A stretch of DNA of 64,000 bases from Botryllus schlosseri. Its lineage: Eukaryota. Made by a program: the position numbers and the translations under genes. The stretch is taken from positions 1,054,001 through 1,118,000 of the forward strand of contig CM119373.1 in NCBI GenBank assembly GCA_051294905.1, given 5' to 3'. Within the stretch, counting starts at the first letter, position 1; each line of letters starts with the position of its first letter. This document shows positions 34,671-46,377 of the stretch, in pieces. The notes beneath the pieces were generated by a model that saw only the letters and a list, made by a program, of their open reading frames with translations, did not search any database and was not told the origin of the DNA.

Positions 34671-34753
34671 AACATTTTCTACAGTGAGGATAGTTCATCA
34701 GGTGCAGTGTATTACACTGTACCTGATGAACTATCCTCACTGTAGAAAATGTT
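34671..34753. repeat. Near-perfect 83-bp palindrome
   Basis: 41-bp arms around a central T, with a single G/A difference (a G-U pair in the + strand RNA). Confidence 0.95.
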
Positions 34754-35059
34754 TCACTGTAGACAATGTAACTGATAACGAATAATAAGGTGTATTTGCA
34801 AGCATAATGAAGTGAACAACAACTCTGAATGAAAAATGAACAAAACGAAGACGACTCCCTCTGCGTCGTCGACTGCTGCGGTGATAATGCCCTTAGCGTC
34901 TTGAACACTATGCTGGACCTGTATATACAACAACCAACTAACAGTCTCTATGAAAAGATAACCGCAAACTAACAAGATTATTTACATTTGATCAGCCGGA
35001 CGAACAGACATGCAAAGCTACACTGCATTCAGCGCACATGTAGCTTGTTTCGCCAGGTC

Positions 35060-35584
35060 TTATTTTCTGTCCGACAGATATTCCTTCACGTAGCTGTTTC
35101 GTGCGCTCTTTGTGGTAACAGACATGACAGTCCTTCTGCAGATGGGGTCGGGTCTATTGGAGCCAGGAGGAGTTGGTTTCGCAAAATCCCTGGCCCGCCA
35201 TCTGTCCATGCTAGGACAACTGGTGGGTATGTCGCGTTTCCTATGACCCTTTGTTAGATGTGCTACCGTATGTGGATGCGGATCAATCATTACTAGAGGC
35301 TCGAAATTTTCCGGAGTTGCATCAGGAATATGATTACAAGGCGTATAAGGTTGATGCCTGGGTCGGCCTCTCGCTCCAGTACTCACTACAGTAGGCCTTC
35401 CTCTCTTGACAAAGGGCGAAAGCGGCCTATCAATGCGTTTTCTCGGCGAGATGACCATACGTGACGGCCTTGCATGCTGCAATAACGCGATTGGCGCAAT
35501 CTCGTCTTCTGAGCTGGACGCATTGGATAAGACGGTCCCGCATCCACTACTATACGTTGAACCGGAATCCTTGCAGCCATCCAT
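35060..35584 (-). CDS. 174-aa ORF with two AT-hook-like motifs; unknown
   Basis: KRGRP and RGRPR motifs in a Ser/Pro-rich, low-complexity context. No other domain recognised. Confidence 0.3.
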   Translation of the reverse strand: MDGCKDSGSTYSSGCGTVLSNASSSEDEIAPIALLQHARPSRMVISPRKRIDRPLSPFVKRGRPTVVSTGARGRPRHQPYTPCNHIPDATPENFEPLVMIDPHPHTVAHLTKGHRKRDIPTSCPSMDRWRARDFAKPTPPGSNRPDPICRRTVMSVTTKSARNSYVKEYLSDRK

Positions 35585-35999
35585 CTTTGCCGATGAAATC
35601 GCATAGTTGAGAAGGTCATTGCGGCGTGTTTGTATTGTTTATTCATCAATGACATTCATTGTGTGTGTTTGAGCTCACAATCAAAACTGATTTCGGGTTG
35701 ATTAATAGCTACAAGTACTGTCGTGTTATTTAAAAATAATATCAATTGTGCCTTATATCGCTTCTACCTTCAAGTATAATGCTATATCGCTTCTACCTTC
35801 TAGCATAGGTAGACGCTTGAATCGCGAAGCGGTCATCGCCCACTCATAAGTGGGCGTGGATGTTCCGGGAAGACAATCACCCACTCATATGAGTGGGCTG
35901 GGTCTCAAAGAGTTATGTATGAGAAGCACTTTTCAGCAAAATGGCCAGAATCAAAAATCAATATCGCAATCAATTAAACGATGTCCATCTCCTACTGCG

Positions 36000-36560
36000 T
36001 ACTGCATCATCTGTAATTCCTCCTCGCTTTGGCACACTTCTTCATCAAAGCCAATGCCAAATTGGAAAATAAATTGAATTTCCTTTTTCCTGATGTTTCT
36101 ATTCGTTCTTCGTTGGTACGTGCTGTGATGCTATATAATTTTTGCTATACTTGAGGGTATTCGTGCGGCCCCAACCGTACTCTGAAATTCTAAAGTTGAC
36201 CCGGACATCGAAATGAGTTGGGAACCACCGCGTGTAGAGTGTTTCACAGAAAACCGCAGTTCGACGCGGCTGACGATACCAACGGTTGATAGAGGAAATT
36301 TGGTCTTGCCTTCTTTTCTTTCGTGTATTGGAATGTTAACCTTGGGAACGTCATTGCCATCGACCATGGCATACTTGATATGAACATAGTGGTCAAATGC
36401 TTTGTCCTAATACTTGATTTTACACTCACAACAATGTAGTATATCTTCAAATACCTGGTAAACCGCATTTTTTTTTATCTCCGAAGCCTCAGCAGCAGAA
36501 ATAGTTCTATCGTGATCTAATAGCTTGACTAACAATCTCATCATATTGTTATCTGGACTA
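36000..36560 (-). pseudogene. Very old Ty3/Gypsy-like RT-RNase H fossil (tentative)
   Basis: Across frames, in roughly the expected order and spacing: (Y)DEI, DHDR, GL, VLG, SEYGWG and KKE, resembling DD..EHD..GL..LG..DASxYG.G..EKE. Confidence 0.3.
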
Positions 36561-37111
36561 AAGAAACAAGTTGAGTAAAAGATATTCAGAAATTACTGGC
36601 ATCGGAAAGACACAATGACGGAGTCTTGTAAATCTGGACTCGCTGATTGAATATTCATCAAAAGGCCTTGTATATCAATTCATTTGGAGAAAAGGCATGA
36701 AATACACCCGTTTCAAATGAGTAGCAATGCATATGGCGATAAAATGATGACTCGAGTAACATCATATTTCCCATTGAACGTGAGGCTGAAGCTTAGAATT
36801 TGGATTGAGAAATTCGAAATCCCCTCGCCGGTGATAGATAATCTCATAGGAGTGTATAGCACACGAGGTAGTGTTTACTTCTTGTGATGACTCGAGACCA
36901 CTGAGCCATAGACTCGTATATTAGGGTAATCTCATAGGAGTGTAGAGCACACGAGTTAGTGTTTACTTCTTGTGATGACTCGAGACCACTGAGCCATAGA
37001 CTCGTATATTAGGGTATGTGACACGTGTTAGAGACCATTAGGATTACGATTGAGACTTTATACGCTACTACTGTATAACGTTTGAATAAACCATTGTATT
37101 GAGTATATATC

Positions 37112-37786
37112 TGTTACGAAGAACTTCACCAAGAGCAACAGGCTACTTCACCAAGAGCAACAGGCTATCTCCAGATAACTATTGTATAGTAGAGCACCAA
37201 GACGACTGATTAGCTATACTTTTATACAGATAACCAGATACAATAATCCGTCAATATGCAGTAATTAACCGGGGCCTACGTTACCTACGGCCTAATATGG
37301 CACATTACAGTTGCTGGATATTGTGAAGGTGTGGCTGTGTCGTGCATGGAGCAGTAGATAGCTGACTTGGCGACTGGCTGGCTGTCTTTAGGTTGGCGAC
37401 TTCTTAACTCACAGTTTCACTCGGTACGGATGTATTGCAGCAGAGATACGTTAGGCGCTGAGGTGAATCTCAGATCTCAAGGGCCGTCACAGAGAAACGT
37501 GGGTTTATATACCCGAAAATGCGTAACAATGAATGCGATTGTAATGCGTTAGCCAATGAGAACGGGTTGGTAAAGTTCTAGTGACAGGAAAAAGGCAGTA
37601 CTCTAGCTAGGACTATGTTTGGCGTAACAATGCTTACAACGCTTGCGCAACACTAGCAGAGATAGCAGAGTTTACAAGTTGTCATGATATACTAAAATCC
37701 TAATACACGCAAAGTATATTTCCTTCATAACGGATGCCTGGCGTTAGCTAGGGACATTGGGTTAAAAGGACCAGCAGTTCGCTACA
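37112..37786 (-). mobile_element. Probable 3' LTR of a degraded minus-strand LTR retrotransposon
   Basis: On the minus strand it starts TGTAGC directly after a purine tract (AAAGGAGGGTCGG) and can end ...CGTAACA at 37112. 37587-37786 recurs at about 97% identity at 46378-46578. The left boundary is inferred. Confidence 0.5.
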
Positions 37787-40419
37787 CCGACCCTCCTTTG
37801 CGAGGGAGCGGAACTAGGTGACGTGGAAGAGTCAAATTAATGAATTACCGTTGTCGGTATCCGCCCTGAAGGAAGATAGCGAATGCGTGGGTTTAAAGCT
37901 AACTACAAAAGCAAAAACATGCAGTTATGAATGATTGATGGATGGACCGAGTGAATTTTATATTATTACAACACACTACTAGCCTACAAAAAAAGCAGCC
38001 TATGCAGAAACAACAATAAAGAGGTAATCACCCACGCAGGGGTGGCGATATGATAGTTAAATCGATCGCGCCGCGCGTGGGGGCAAGGTTCTTTAAAAAA
38101 AAATCATAGCAAGTAAATCACCCACGCAGGGGTGGCAATACGATAGCTAAATCGATCGCGCCGCGCGTGGGGGCAAGGTTCGTACAAAGTCACCATGCTG
38201 AATGACTAATGAGTCAATATGTGCAGGACCCTCGACGGTACGTGCTGGGATGCTGGAATGGGCTGGATCGGTGGTTGATGTCGCTACCAAGCCATGAGCG
38301 TGTGGCGTCATAATGCATGCGTGTGGACAGTTGAATCTCAGACCTCGGTATCGAAACCGGACGATTCGCGCTAGTCGTCTTACTCCGTTGCCGTATGCTG
38401 CTGTACTGTCGTGACCCGTTGCCGTATGCTGCTGTACTGTCGTGACCGTTGTACGTCGGTGTCAAATCCCAGAGGAATCGGTTCGTACGAAGCTTTGAGG
38501 CGAACGTGGAGCAACAACTGGTTGTTGAAGTCGTGCGTTTGAGACAGGGCCGTGAACTGTGCGTCGTTCGGCTGTCGGCAATGGAATGAGCGAATCAGTA
38601 GAGGTTGTGTCCACGTGTCACGCTGTCCGAGTGGTAGACATGATTGACCGATCGCAGTTATATATCCTGGTGGCCCAAGCATCCAATGTCATCTCCAACG
38701 AGCGGCGTACCGTCGTCCGGGTCGGGAATTGAGCGGGTAGGCTGAAAACAAGCTAGGCGCCAGCATAACGTGATAAAAAAATAAGTCTAACGATTACTAA
38801 GCCTAGACAAAGTACAGAAGATACAGTACATGAAACAATGCAATTACCACAGCCGAATAACCACAATCCAGGCGGGGCAGCCTATGTAATAAACGGGAGT
38901 GAAGGCAGTGCCCAGCATAGGACAGGACGCTGTGGCCCGCTGGTTCGCCTATGATTCGGCTCGATCGCCGGAGATGAGCGATGTATGAAAATTGTGAATG
39001 TTGCGAGTGATATGTGTCGTCGCGTGCGCGGTTTGTGTCGCGTGAGGAGGACAAATCTCGTTACATGCAGCATGTATTTTTGAAGGTATATTGCTACGCC
39101 GACCGGTATCGTAAGAAGCGGCCACTGCATGTATAATGCGTATACGCAGTGTTGTCAGTGGTAGAGGACCCCATCCATCACACCTGTTCGCGAAATGGGG
39201 GTGCAAAGGTGAACATTCTTATCGGGCGATAAATGAACATTATATTAACTGGTACACGATACATAGGCAAAGATTCAGATGTGAGTCTAACTGTACCAAA
39301 TCCTTCTCCAGACTTCATGCGACCCCGATCGCTCGACCAGGGAAGGTGCATTTCCACGCGAGTTTCATCGTATCCGCCAGCAGACACTCCGAAACCGCGC
39401 CATGGCTACGCACCCGCTGGCGTCAGCGAAAAGATGAAAAATCCCAAAGACAGCCTTTGAGGCAGCGGGCTGCTAGATCGGGGTCACACGTGTGCACATA
39501 ATTCTGAAGACGTCCCCGGAGCTAGGCTGTTCACTCTTACTAACGATGAACATATGCCGAGTGTCCCGGAGCACTAGATGGATCCTCAAATGTGTCGTGA
39601 GCAAAGTTCAAACGTTATGAACAGACGGAGCTCAAAAGACAGTCCTTGTACTTTGGCAGCGCTAGTTACCTGACCAGGTTACGTCACGATAATACTAAGA
39701 TTCGAAGAGAGAATAAGACACAGCGGGAGGTTTGATATGGCAGTTAAGTGGTAGCGATCCTGTGGCTAATAGATGATTGGCGAATGCTAGAAAAACTGGC
39801 TGTTCGCGCAACTAGGGCGAGAACAGTGGGAGCAAAAAGAGAGAAAGCACGTAAGAATGAGATTAGACATGCAATCCGGCTTGAAAGTGGAGAAAATAGA
39901 AAATATAGGATCGAAAATCCGTCACACAGCTGGTTGTTGTTGTGACGATGCAGAGTTTAGTGCGACTGCTACCGGTGTTGTATTAGGCGTGGCGGTGCGC
40001 GGCGCGTCCTCATTAATTGCGACCGTGGGTGGTATATCATAATGTTGAGCGATACCACGCAGCGCGTCAAAATGTGATGTGCTATTGCGCGGACTGTCGT
40101 ATGGCGAACCCTCTGATAGTCGATTACTAGCGGGATATCTAAAACTCGGGATGGGTCTCTCGTTTTTTAGGCGGACGAGAGAAGTGTCACTTCAGACGCA
40201 TCGACAGCGGAGTAGCTGTCGACAATCACTTATGAAGGATTCGATACCTAACAATTCTACCAGCTTTGATTGAATTTGATTGGCATTACTTATCTTGTGC
40301 ACCATTCTAATTATGGCACAATCGTTACATTACAATTGGAGTAGTGATGTACCTACGATTTAAACTATTAGCTTAGCCGACATTCTGATTTACTCATATC
40401 AAACTGAGAACAAATGTAT

Positions 40420-41060
40420 ATCAATCCAGGCTAGATACAAAGCTGATACAACCAAAAATCACAGAGCAGACAACAAACCTATTTTAATCAAGGCAGTTAC
40501 AGAACAGATGCGGTCCAAAATCACAGAGCATATAACAAACGTATTTCAAATAAGGCAAGTTACAGAACAGATGCAGTTCAAAATCACAGAGCAGATAACA
40601 AACGATTCTATTGAAGGCAAGTTACAATTCTATTGAAGGCAAGTTACAGAGCAGATGCAGTCCAAAATTACAGAGCAGATAAAAACCAAAGAGCAGATAA
40701 CGAACGTATTTTCATCAAGGCAAGTTACAGAGCAGATGCAGTCCAAAATCACAGAGCAGATACGAAAAAAAACAGGGCACATAACAAACGGATTTTAATC
40801 GACAGAGCAGGTGAAGTCCAAAATCACAGACCAGATACAAACAAAATTCACTAACAAATAACAAACGAATTTTAATAAAGGCAAGATAGAGAGCAGGTGC
40901 AATCACAGAGCAGATACAACCAAAAATCACTAGCTGATATCAAATGTTTTTAGTCACGGCAAGGTACAGAGCAGATACTGTCAAAACCCACTAGCTGATA
41001 ACAAAAATTTTAAATCAAGGTAAGTTTGAATTATGATACAGGCATATACAACCAAAAATC
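40420..41060. repeat. Degenerate A-rich minisatellite, unit about 60-70 bp
   Basis: aaggcaagttacagagcagatgcagtccaaaatcacagagcagataacaaacg recurs about 8-9 times with divergence. Confidence 0.85.
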
Positions 41061-41069
41061 ACTAACAAA

Positions 41070-41612
41070 CTAGGATTTGCTGGAACCCTTGGAGGAAAGT
41101 TTCCTGATCTTTTGCTGTTTTTGGCTTATTGGCAGCTGTGTCGTAGGATTGCTGTTTATGCGTTTCAATTCATTTTTTGCAAAGCAGTTGAAAGACGTTT
41201 GGATGATCAATTCAAAATTGGATGATCAATTCAAAATTGTTATGGGCAATCTTCTCATTTTCACATACAACAGATGTCAGATTGCACAAAAAAGTTGACT
41301 TCAAAATTTCACGAATGGCAGACACAAAAACACTTCTTGGATTGTGACAGGTTAGGAACTTTTTCTTAACATCACTGTCGTTGGATAGAGCTGTGTAGTA
41401 TTGGACAGCAAGGGTTGTCAAGACATAACAATATTCAGATGGTTCTGAAAGACCACCCCTGTTCGCCATTTGCAGCACTGATTTGTACTTGTCTGGTGTA
41501 GAATCAGACAGTGGTGGAACAGCAATGTTCTTAACAAGTAAATTACTGCATTCTTCACAATGCCTTCGCCTGATAATAGACCGACCAATATAACCACTTA
41601 CATAGAAAGAAA
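41070..41612 (-). pseudogene. C-terminal end of a P-element/THAP9-like transposase (3' part, split by the CR1 LINE)
   Basis: SFYVSGYIGRSIIRRRHCEECSNLL...ANRGGLSEPS...FNCFAKN...KIRKLSS. It joins DAAVV at 45389 when the LINE is removed. Confidence 0.75.
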
Positions 41613-44600
41613 CATCATCATCATCATTGGTTTATTAGCAATTTTATCAGTTCAATACACCACAAAAATGCGATACAATGAAAAGACAGGAAGATGTCGA
41701 AGCGACAAAGAGTAGTCTATGGAATCTGACACCCACCTTGGCCTAGGCGATGTAAAGAGGAGGCATGCACACTGAATGAAAGTAAAGAGAAGATAGTATA
41801 GAAAAAGAATGCGACAAGAAATAGGGCGGCATGTCATGGGAAGCGAGATCGATAGGTCAGTCGTGGTCCGGTAATCTTGAGGATGGACTGTATTTATTTA
41901 GTAGTAATTGCTTGTATTTCGACTTGAATGTGGACATGCTCGTCGACTGTCGGATGGCCGGCGGGATACTGTTCCACACATCAGGTCCGGCATATTTGAT
42001 GAAGCGATGATCTTTTCGGTCGATCATATGATATTTGGACGACGTGGACGCGCGTGTGTTGTACTTGTGCGCTTTTGATTCAGAGGTAAAGAAGTCATTG
42101 AAATATTCGGGGCAACGACCGCAGTGAAACTGATACATGAACTTGGCGATTTCTAGTTTCCGCATATCTTCTATGTTTAGGACGCCGAATCTCTTCAGCA
42201 GTGACTTATTGGATGGGCAGCCAGGTCCCTTTGGGGCCCTAGCTATGATTCGGAGTACTTTGTGCTGTAGTTTCTGCAGTGGCTTGAGTGCAGTTTTACT
42301 GGCAGCCCCCCAACAGAGGATGCCATAATGTAACTTCGATTGGATTAAGGATTTAAAGAGTATCAGAAGAACCCATGCTGGCATGAAGCGCTTAAGGCTG
42401 TAGAACAGGCCGCACTTCGGTGATAATTTAGTTTCTAGGGACTGAATATGACTCTTCCAGGACATGTTCGAGTCCAGTAAAACTCCGAGATATTTGGCAT
42501 TATCTGTGTTGGAAACGGGCTGACCAGCGATATTAACGGTTAGGTTATTTTTTGAATTTACTGTCAGCAATTGCGATTTAGAGGCGTTTATGCAAAGGTT
42601 GTTCTGGGCCGTCCACTCATGGACTTTGGGCATTTGGTCACCAGTCATGGCATCCAGCTCTGCCGTCGAAGATGCGGAAGAGAGGAGGTGAGTATCATCA
42701 GCGAACAGTGTGGTGTTCAATGAGGAGATTTCAAAAATGTCGTTGATATATAAGGTGAAAAGGACCGGTCCAAGTACTGAGCCCTGGGGCACACCACAGG
42801 TCACCGGGTGAGGAGAAGACAAGGTGTCTGAGATCGCAACCATTTGTTGGCGTCCAGTGAGGTAACTTTTCATGAGCTCAAGTTGTGGGCCCCGAAGTCC
42901 GTAACGCGCCAATTTCGAGATGAGAATTTTATGATCTACGCAGTCAAACGCTTTTTTTAGGTCTAGAAAAATGCTACATCCCACATTTCGCTTCTCTGAG
43001 ATATCATAGTACTGTTCGGCCACTGTTAGGAGGGCATGAGCGGTTTGGTGTTTGTTTCGGAAGCCAAATTGTTGAGGGGAAATGACAGACATTTTGGCGA
43101 GGAATGAGGACAGGCGGGAGAGGAGCAACTTTTCAAATACAATCCCGATGCATGGGAGAACGGATATCGGACGGTAGTTGGTGACATTAGTTCTATCCCC
43201 AGCTTTGTGTACAGGGACTACTCTGGCTTTTTTTAGATAGCTTGGGTAGACTCCATTTTCTATCATGAAGTTGAAAAAATGGGCCATATATTGACCGATA
43301 TGCAGGCTTATCATTTTTAAAAACCATGATGGGATTTGGTCATAGCCGTCGGCCTTGTGCGATTTCAGTTTGTGGATGGCTACTTCTACTTCGTATTTGG
43401 TCGTAGGTTCAAGCACAATTGACTGGGATATCGATCTCACCTCTGACCTGGCCGACACAGGTTTTGTAATAGAAGAAGCAATATTTGGGCCTACGTTACA
43501 AAAATACTCATTGAAGTGATTCGCGATCGCCGCCGGGTCTGAAAGTTTGTTTCCGGTATCCGAATTCACAATTTCCGAAACAGACTTATGGCCTTTTTTT
43601 CGATGTAGGAGAGAGTTAAGTCCTGACCATGTTTTTCGAGTGTCCTTTATGTGTCTGTTGAAAAATCTCTCATTGTATTTTGCTTTTGCCTTGGAAATAA
43701 GATGCACGGTGCGATTCCTGAAATGTCGAAATCTTTCTCGTTCATGTTCTGGGCAGTTCTTGGTGTCTATTCGGTTATGCCACCGGTTACGTTTACGGAT
43801 AAGTTGAATCAGCTTTGTGGTCATCCACGGATTTCGCTTCAATTTTCTTTGACTTCTCGAAAGGCGCTGTAGAGGTGCAAATTGTCCCAGCAGTGATTTG
43901 ATAGCAGACATAAACTCAACAAATTTTTCGTCAAAGTTGTTTACCGAGAGGTGGGGGATGGCTGATGTTTTAAATTGATTGAATGCGGCATCATCGAGCG
44001 CTTCTTCGTCCACTAACTCTTGTCGTCTGCAGAGGTGATATGTTTCAGGGGGTGTCCTTTGTTGTTCTTGTGATAGAAAACCAATATGGTTGTGGTCACT
44101 GATTTTTGCCGAAATGACATATGGAATGATTTCCATGTCGCGCGAGTTGGTATATATGTGGTCGATCAAAGTCCTTGACTTTTCGGTTATGCGTGTAGGC
44201 TCGGTGATCATTGGGTAGAGACCGGCGGATTTGACGGCGTTGGAGTATGCGTTGCTTTTGTGTTTTAGAAGGTTTATGTTAATATCTCCCGCAATGAAAC
44301 ACATCTTTTTGTCGCTGTTGACTTTGTCCAGTGAGCGCTCCAACGCTTTTGCGAATTGGTTCATGTTTTTCGTGGGATGTCGGTATAATACGGCCACAAG
44401 AAAAGATTTGTGAATTCCAATTGGGTGATCAACTTCCAGCCATAGCTCTTCGCAATCTTTGACATTCAGATCGTAGTCCGTGCAAATTTCGTAAGGAATT
44501 TTTTCTTCAATGTAAAGACCAACACCTCCGTAAGATTTCTTTGACTTCGGTGCCGGAGTATACTCGAAGTTGTAGCCCGATATATCAACGTTTTGCGTGG

Positions 44601-45388
44601 GTTTGGTTGAAAAGTTTATTTCTGAAATTGCTACGAAGGTAGGTGACTTCAGGTCAACGATAAGGTCTTTTAACTCATCATGGTGGGAATTAGATTGCAA
44701 TCCTCTGATATTTGTATGAATCAAACTAATTTGTTTACCCTTCGGGGCTTGCAGAATTGATGCCGTCTCGTTGATCGATATTGAGTTACACTTTCTGATC
44801 AGTGGGAAACTATTCTTATTCGTCATGATTCCGAGTTGACCCAAATTCCCATGTTAGCTTGTCAGTGAATGGAGATACTTATGCGTTCGCAGTTCGAATC
44901 GCGTCACGCAACGCTGGCTTAATCCAATTATGAGGGCGAAGAGCGCTACAAATAGCGATTTTACAGTAGCATATATCGAAATATATTAGCACCAAACCTT
45001 TGGATGAATAATATCAAGTATAGAGTTTCGGTTCAAAATTGCTATGTATTTTGTCCAACGGTTGGCGAAGCTGGGTCCAAATCGGTATTGATTGTCTGAC
45101 GGTTGGTGAAGTATTGCAGCCAATGGCAAATTTCCCGATGTAGCAAGCACAGTTCTGTTCAGTCTTGATATCCTATCTCCAAATGATATATCCAGTTCAT
45201 CAAACTTTTTGCGTCTTCAACCGATTTCTTGCTGTATCGTTGGTGTATCAATTTGGTTAGTGAAAATTCTGTCTATCTAACTCGATAAATCGACTTCTTG
45301 TCTTCTAGAATCCTGGATTTGCGCCAATTATCATAGCTACATTACGGGAGCGCTGGAAACGCGTCCGCTCACCACGACGCCTACTTAG
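41613..45388 (-). mobile_element. CR1-group LINE, about 3.8 kb, with an (ATG)n tail, inserted in the P-like element
   Basis: (CAT)5 at 41613-41627 on the + strand; host P-like frame continuous across the insert; 3' UTR shared with 63466-63786. Confidence 0.9.
41857..44844 (-). CDS. LINE ORF2: apurinic endonuclease + reverse transcriptase, 995 aa, uninterrupted
   Basis: HTNIRGL, GGVGLYI, LYRHP, GDININLL, TLIDHIYTN, SDH, NYRPISVL, DLKKAFD, GVPQGSVLGP, FADDT, YLGVLLD and HKYNTR. First ATG at about 44826. Confidence 0.95.
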   Translation of the reverse strand: MGQLGIMTNKNSFPLIRKCNSISINETASILQAPKGKQISLIHTNIRGLQSNSHHDELKDLIVDLKSPTFVAISEINFSTKPTQNVDISGYNFEYTPAPKSKKSYGGVGLYIEEKIPYEICTDYDLNVKDCEELWLEVDHPIGIHKSFLVAVLYRHPTKNMNQFAKALERSLDKVNSDKKMCFIAGDININLLKHKSNAYSNAVKSAGLYPMITEPTRITEKSRTLIDHIYTNSRDMEIIPYVISAKISDHNHIGFLSQEQQRTPPETYHLCRRQELVDEEALDDAAFNQFKTSAIPHLSVNNFDEKFVEFMSAIKSLLGQFAPLQRLSRSQRKLKRNPWMTTKLIQLIRKRNRWHNRIDTKNCPEHERERFRHFRNRTVHLISKAKAKYNERFFNRHIKDTRKTWSGLNSLLHRKKGHKSVSEIVNSDTGNKLSDPAAIANHFNEYFCNVGPNIASSITKPVSARSEVRSISQSIVLEPTTKYEVEVAIHKLKSHKADGYDQIPSWFLKMISLHIGQYMAHFFNFMIENGVYPSYLKKARVVPVHKAGDRTNVTNYRPISVLPCIGIVFEKLLLSRLSSFLAKMSVISPQQFGFRNKHQTAHALLTVAEQYYDISEKRNVGCSIFLDLKKAFDCVDHKILISKLARYGLRGPQLELMKSYLTGRQQMVAISDTLSSPHPVTCGVPQGSVLGPVLFTLYINDIFEISSLNTTLFADDTHLLSSASSTAELDAMTGDQMPKVHEWTAQNNLCINASKSQLLTVNSKNNLTVNIAGQPVSNTDNAKYLGVLLDSNMSWKSHIQSLETKLSPKCGLFYSLKRFMPAWVLLILFKSLIQSKLHYGILCWGAASKTALKPLQKLQHKVLRIIARAPKGPGCPSNKSLLKRFGVLNIEDMRKLEIAKFMYQFHCGRCPEYFNDFFTSESKAHKYNTRASTSSKYHMIDRKDHRFIKYAGPDVWNSIPPAIRQSTSMSTFKSKYKQLLLNKYSPSSRLPDHD

Positions 45389-45763
45389 ACAACAGCCGCA
45401 TCACTATCATCCACCTCGTCAATTGCAACATTACTCAAGAATTCAACTAACCACAAGAACTGGGAAGAATGTGATGCATCATCCTCATGATCATTTCTAT
45501 GATCAGATTGATCGAGATGTGATGCGGTGCACAATCCTCGCTGTTGGAGTAAACTTAAGCATCGGATCTTTTTCTCTGCCGAAACCAACTGCTTCACTGA
45601 CATGAAGAAGTTGCCACGGTATTGCCCTGATCCACTTCTCCTTCAATTTCTCATCACGTGGAAACTTGAACAGAGATAACTTGGAAACTTGAGCAGTGGC
45701 AGCAGTTTTCCTATTAGCCCTATCTCCAGTGCGGCATTCAGGAACGCAACATGTGTAACCCAT
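45389..45763 (-). pseudogene. THAP domain start fused by deletion to the C-terminal part of a P-like transposase
   Basis: MGYTCCVPEC...SLFKFPRDEKLKEKWIRAIP, then directly SVKQLVSAEKKIRCLSLL...DDSDAAVV. The catalytic core is absent. Confidence 0.75.
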
Positions 45764-46377
45764 CCTAATAAAGACTAATAATCATTGTCCCTAAATTACT
45801 AAATTCAGAATAATAATCAAGTGAAATTATGAAACCATATCAAGGTAGTGAATGGACAGGTAGCCGCATTTCAAACAAACACCCACCTTCATCTAAACAT
45901 GTAAATATGCATTGTACACTGAATACTAGCAAACATAGGTGGACAAGCTTCAAATACAACCAAGAGAAAGCTATAGAAAACTAGCAAACATACTGGACAA
46001 GCTTCAAATACAACCAAGAGAAAGCTATAGAACTGCTGAAAACTCCAGATATATCATAACATTTGGACCAAATATGGCGTGTACCGGTAGTAATTTATAC
46101 AATACTATATCACCATAGTCTATCAACTGCTAATGCCTGCACACTAGAATATGAATATATGATCGATCATCACTTCTCACTCACCATATCATAGTCCACA
46201 TACTTTACACTAATCTAAATCTAGGCAAAATACCTCGTAGAACAAACACAGCCGCATCTGCTAAGGAGCGACCGGCCATCTCAAGAGCTCGCAAAGACTG
46301 ATTAAGTGACACGCCTGTCGGGCGGCGGCGCGAGTGAATTCGAGAGAGTAACTCATCCCGAAGTTTTAGAAATCCCT

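Noticed and set aside
40420-41060. Repeat-spacer-like periodicity
   Set aside because: It is a degenerate tandem minisatellite in a eukaryotic context with no cas genes.
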